From positions 111,821 through 175,820 of the forward strand of contig JAXMOL010000009.1 of assembly GCA_034669905.1 (NCBI GenBank): a stretch of 64,000 nt of DNA, given 5' to 3'. This DNA is from Candidatus Hydrogenedentota bacterium. Lineage in GTDB: Bacteria > Hydrogenedentota > Hydrogenedentia > Hydrogenedentales > JAEUWI01. A model generated the notes under the pieces. It was given only the letters and a program-made list of their open reading frames with translations. It searched no databases and was not told the DNA's origin. Made by a program: the position numbers and the translations under genes. The number at the start of each line of letters is the position of its first letter. Position 1 is the stretch's first letter. Shown one piece after another: positions 59,751 through 64,000 of the stretch.

Positions 59751-61513
59751 TGGTTAGCCGCCGTCTCCTTTTCGGCCTGAGCGTCTTGTGCGCACTGGGG
59801 CTCTACGCCCTTCTTTTTGCGGTCGCCCCCAATATCTCCATGATCCAGGCCCATGTAAAGGCGGAACGGATTGCGGCCCGCTTCAATATCAATTTGCGTG
59901 AGCCAGCCCAAATCCTGGGGCGGGACAGCCAGGGTACCCGGCAGGCCTTTCGGGCCCGGCCCGGCTCGGTGAGTGATCTGCTGAAGCCCGACGCAACCCA
60001 GGTCGCGCCGGTCTCCGGAAATGCCCGGGGGGCGGAGGTGCCTCATCTGGCCGCCCGCATTGGTCGCGATCCCGTGGCTTCGCCGCAGTTCGACCTGGAG
60101 GAATCCTTGTCCCGGATGGATGCCCGGGTGCTGGAGATCAGCCGGGACGCGGCCCGCCGTGACCTGCAAGTGCCCCGGCGATTGGTGCGGCCCAGTGAGG
60201 AACGGGTGCCCTCTGCGGATGCCCTGCCTGCCCTTCGGGCACCTGGACCACCAAGTGGTGGAAGTGTCATGACCTTGCCTCCGTCGGGACTGCCCAGCCT
60301 GCTGGCGGAGGGGCCGGGTATTCTGGGGAACACGCAGCCCGGCGTGTTGGAAGGCCAACTCCATGGGGTCACACCCGCCGAAGGTGCCCTGGAATCTATC
60401 GCACCGCTACCGGAATTGCCGGTGGCTGCCCGGGAACGGAGCAGCGCCGTTCGAGAGACCATGGATTCGCTGGAAGCGGTTCGGGAGGTGGCGTCCATGG
60501 ACGAGCTTCTCGATATGGAGCTCTCTACCTGGCGGGGGCCGGGGGAAGCCGAAGGCTACTTTAAACTGAAGATCGTGCCCCGGCAGGGGGAGTCTATTCC
60601 GGTCTTGCCCAAAGATGTGACCTTCGTGGTCGACGCGTCCAGTAGCATTCCACAACATAAGCTGAATGTGACGTCAAAAGGATTGCGTACGGCCCTGGGT
60701 CAGCTCCGTCCGGAAGACCGCTTTAATGTCGTGGTCTTTCGGGACACTCCCCAGCAATTCAAGGCGGAGCCCGTGCCCGCTACCGCCGACAACGTGTCTG
60801 CGGCGCAGGAGTTCTTACGCCAACTGGAATCGCGGGGCGAAACGGACGTGTATCGGGCTCTGCAGCCCGTAGTCCAGCAGGAACCCCGCCCCGGTACGCC
60901 CGGTGTCGTCATGGTGATCAGCGATGGTCGACCTACCACCGGGATGCAGGATGGCCGCACCATTATTAATGGTATTTCCGTCGATAACGCGGGGGGCAAT
61001 GGCATCTATGCCTTTGGCGGGGGCCGAACGGTGAATCGCTATTTATTGGATCTCCTGGCGTATCGGAACAAGGGGGCGGCCCACGTGGTGCAGCCCATTG
61101 ACGACATTGAAACCGCGTTGCCGGCCTTCTTCGGCACCTTGCGCGATCCCATATTGGTGGACCTGCAGGCCGATTTCGGGCGTATCGACGCGTCATCCGT
61201 TTTCCCCCGGAGCTTGCCGGACTTCTTCGGGGGGCAGGCGGTCACCCTCTATGGCCGCTATCGTCCCGGTGAGGACAATGCCTTTGCCATGTGGTTGGCC
61301 GGAAAGGCGGGCATGGAGAAAAAGGAAGTCATCTTCCGCACCGATTTTAGCGAAGCCCAGGCTGGAGACCGGGATATTGCCCGGGGCTGGGCCTTTCAAA
61401 AAGCCTATGACATTATTGGACGCATTTCCAAAGAGGGCGAAAAGCCGGAGTACCTTAAGGCACTAAGAGAACTGCGTGTGTCCTATGGGGTGCAAACCAG
61501 CTATGACGAATAG
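59750..61513 (+). CDS. Membrane-anchored von Willebrand factor A domain protein
   Basis: N-terminal TM; MIDAS DASSS, GETD, ISDGRPT. Confidence 0.82.
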   Translation: MVSRRLLFGLSVLCALGLYALLFAVAPNISMIQAHVKAERIAARFNINLREPAQILGRDSQGTRQAFRARPGSVSDLLKPDATQVAPVSGNARGAEVPHLAARIGRDPVASPQFDLEESLSRMDARVLEISRDAARRDLQVPRRLVRPSEERVPSADALPALRAPGPPSGGSVMTLPPSGLPSLLAEGPGILGNTQPGVLEGQLHGVTPAEGALESIAPLPELPVAARERSSAVRETMDSLEAVREVASMDELLDMELSTWRGPGEAEGYFKLKIVPRQGESIPVLPKDVTFVVDASSSIPQHKLNVTSKGLRTALGQLRPEDRFNVVVFRDTPQQFKAEPVPATADNVSAAQEFLRQLESRGETDVYRALQPVVQQEPRPGTPGVVMVISDGRPTTGMQDGRTIINGISVDNAGGNGIYAFGGGRTVNRYLLDLLAYRNKGAAHVVQPIDDIETALPAFFGTLRDPILVDLQADFGRIDASSVFPRSLPDFFGGQAVTLYGRYRPGEDNAFAMWLAGKAGMEKKEVIFRTDFSEAQAGDRDIARGWAFQKAYDIIGRISKEGEKPEYLKALRELRVSYGVQTSYDE

Positions 61514-63182
61514 GTGTGGCAGGGTGCCGACGGTGACCGAGTGGTTGGAAGTGCTCTCGGAGCCGGAAGGACGGTACCGTCTCGATTTTACCCGGCACTA
61601 TGGTGCCCCTTCTACCCTCTGGGAGGAGCGTGCTACCCGATTGCGGCATGTGCTTGGGGTCTATCGGGACCGCTTTGGTGATGCACCGGTTCATGTGGTC
61701 CGTTCTCCGGGGCGTATCAATTTGCGGGGTATGCACGTTGATACCCACGGCGGCTATCTCAATCTCATGACCCATCAGCGGGAAGTGCTGTTGGTGGTGG
61801 GGATGGGAGAGTCCCGACGCTGCGAAGTGGCCAACACCCATGGTGACTTCGAATCCTTGTCATTGGACTGGGACGCTTTCCCACACCCTGCGGACGGAGA
61901 AGGCTGGTCGGATTTTCTGGATCGTCCCGACGTGCAGCAATACGTGTCCGCCCGCGCAGGGTGTTGGTCAAACTATATCACCGGGTCGTGGCTTAGGGCC
62001 TCTATGGCGCTCGGCCTGACTTCAGCCTGCGGACTTCATATGGTGGTAGACAGTAACCTGCCCCGGGGTGCTGCGCTCAGTTCTTCCGCGGCCTTGTGTC
62101 TGGCATTGCTGCAGGGGTGGTGTGCCTGGCACGGCGCGGAACTGTCTGACGATGAAAAAATACTTACTGCGCAGGATGCCGAGTGGTTCACGGGGTCCCG
62201 TTGTGGTACCTGTGATCAGGCGGCCATTGTACTGGGCAGGCCGGGTCATATCAGCCACGGGGCCCTATTCCCGAAGGCCTTTCGCTCGGCCGACATGGCT
62301 CCTGTCGCCGTTCCCGAAGACCTCCGCATTCTGGTGATCAACAGCTACACCCGACGCAGTATCAGCGGTGCGGAGAAAGTCGCCTACACGCGCAATCGCT
62401 TTGCCTACTCGATGGCCATAGCCATCGTGCAGCAGACCCTCGCGAAGATGGGTTATGCCGAGGCGGATATCCGGCATTGCGACCGGCTGTCCCATATCTC
62501 GGGTATCTATCTTGGCGGCGATACCCAGGTGCTTCGTATTCTGAAGGAGATACCGGTATCACTCGACCTGGCAACCATGCGGACACACTATACCCTTCCG
62601 GAATTCGACGCCGAGTATAGTCGCTATTTTTCCGATGTGACAGAAGCGGAGCGCCCGAAGGAAATCCTGTTGCGGGGGCCCTTACTCTTTGGAATTGCGG
62701 AGTCCGAGCGGGCGCAACATTTCGCGCGGGCCCTTCAAGCGGGCGAGTATGAGTTTGCCGGGCAGTTGATGAACTGGGGGCACGATGGTGATCGCCGAAT
62801 CGATTCGAGCGGCGCGCCTTTTTCGTTGAACCCCGACGACACCTACCTGGCGCACCACATTGACGAGGCAACACCCCTGCACGCCTTGCCCGGCGCCTAT
62901 GGGGCCAGTGGCCCTGCCTTGGATGTCCTCGCGGATTGCGCACGGGCACAGGGTGCGCTCGGTGCGAGTTTGACGGGGGCAGGTATTGCCGGAACGGTGT
63001 TGGCCCTGTGCCATGCGCAAGTTGCGCCTGCAATTGCCACGGGCCTGCGTAGCTACATGGCGGGCGCGGAATACCAACGGGTGGCGGGCCTTTCCGAGCC
63101 TCTGACGGATATCGAATTGGAAGCGGCCGTCGTTCCCAACATAGCGGTTGCCGGGGTCCAGGAATGGTCGTTTTCAGCGTAG
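61503..63182 (+). CDS. Divergent galactokinase-like GHMP kinase
   Basis: SPGRINLRGMHVD, PRGAALSSSAA, CGTCDQ, LTGAGIAG; start uncertain. Confidence 0.8.
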   Translation: MTNRCGRVPTVTEWLEVLSEPEGRYRLDFTRHYGAPSTLWEERATRLRHVLGVYRDRFGDAPVHVVRSPGRINLRGMHVDTHGGYLNLMTHQREVLLVVGMGESRRCEVANTHGDFESLSLDWDAFPHPADGEGWSDFLDRPDVQQYVSARAGCWSNYITGSWLRASMALGLTSACGLHMVVDSNLPRGAALSSSAALCLALLQGWCAWHGAELSDDEKILTAQDAEWFTGSRCGTCDQAAIVLGRPGHISHGALFPKAFRSADMAPVAVPEDLRILVINSYTRRSISGAEKVAYTRNRFAYSMAIAIVQQTLAKMGYAEADIRHCDRLSHISGIYLGGDTQVLRILKEIPVSLDLATMRTHYTLPEFDAEYSRYFSDVTEAERPKEILLRGPLLFGIAESERAQHFARALQAGEYEFAGQLMNWGHDGDRRIDSSGAPFSLNPDDTYLAHHIDEATPLHALPGAYGASGPALDVLADCARAQGALGASLTGAGIAGTVLALCHAQVAPAIATGLRSYMAGAEYQRVAGLSEPLTDIELEAAVVPNIAVAGVQEWSFSA

Positions 63183-63451
63183 ACGGTATGCCCGTCCGCG
63201 TCAATCGTAACCCCACCCCTAATTCGCCAAGGCACATCTGCGACCTTCCCAGGAGGAGGATGGATTGGCTCGTTAGCCAAATGGGGCTGTCGAAATAGGT
63301 TTCTTCAGCTTTCATTCAGACCATCAATTGCCAGAAAAATTTATCGATTGCGGCTATTGAAAGCCATGCTGCGGTCGCGACCCGGACACCCCTTTTGAAC
63401 CAGGAGGCGCGTTCCCTTTACAGGATGCTCAAGCTAGCGCTCACGTTTACC

Positions 63452-63634
63452 GCCCCGAAGGGGGATCGCAGCTCCGAGCCCAGGGCAACGCCCTGGGAAT
63501 GAAAGAATCTCTTCCACATTAGCCCTGAAAGGGCGATGCAGCTGTGTCGCCCTTTCAGGGCTAAGGGGTTGGAGGCGGTGTCTGTACCCAGGGCGTTGCC
63601 CTGGGCTGTTGAACTGTGTAGGCCCTTCGGGCCG
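63452..63634. repeat. Nested palindromic REP-like element
   Basis: AGCCCAGGGCAACGCCCTGGG (63477-63497) pairs with 63587-63607. TTAGCCCTGAAAGGGCGA (63519-63536) pairs with 63547-63564. Outer CCCGAAGGG/CCCTTCGGG. Confidence 0.75.
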
Positions 63635-64000
63635 AGGACGGGGTGAATCGACGTGGACCTGATAGACGGCAAGGTCACAGGAATCAGACTTGGCCATTTT
63701 AGTGGTTTGATTCAGGCAGATGGGGCATTAAGTCTAATGCGAGCGTCTCGACCGACCTCCAATAGTACTCCCCTCCTCGGAGAGCGGGGAGGGGTCAAGT
63801 CGCGAAAACGCCGCAAGCGCACCCCCAGTTCGCTGCGTCTCGATTGTTGGAGGTTTCCCGACCCCGTATTTCGAGAAGTGGACCCCATTGTTTGGACACG
63901 TGATCGTGTTTCTTAAGTGTATCCGCTTTGGGGTTATGCCGATGCCTTTGCTTCGGCGCTGATTGATTGGTAGTAGAAAGTATCTGGAGTCATCTTTTCA

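Noticed and set aside
63934..64000. Possible 3' end of a minus-strand gene (...EKMTPDTFYYQSISAEAKASA*)
   Set aside because: Too short and truncated by the window edge to support a call.

Overview
Gram-negative-type, GC-rich bacterial chromosomal window, mostly housekeeping and accessory carbohydrate genes: partial rpoD, dnaG, two glycosyltransferases, tolA/tolB, smpB, an atypical Ser/Thr kinase, pstSCAB, an acid-sugar/glycan catabolism block, two sensor kinases, cobB, serS, parAB, gltBD, a heparinase-like lyase, a macrodomain protein, an ExbB-ExbD-TPR-vWA operon and a divergent GHMP kinase. The standout is 39980-47020, directly after the gltD terminator, which looks like a RiPP-type cluster that I cannot assign to a known class. 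It begins with five tandem small ORFs, two of them absent from the ORF track. They share an M[KR]H[ILM]xx[ILV][ST][RK]xPxxA leader reminiscent of SCIFF precursors, followed by variable hydrophobic cores and a Lys plus acidic/Thr tail. Downstream lie two RimJ/RimL-type GNATs, a CPBP intramembrane protease, an ABC exporter and an RRE/radical-SAM-like/SPASM protein. That protein has lost the CxxxCxxC motif and the AuxI cysteines, kept the four AuxII cysteines, and is fused to a third GNAT. All calls come from manual translation and motif recognition; no searches were run.
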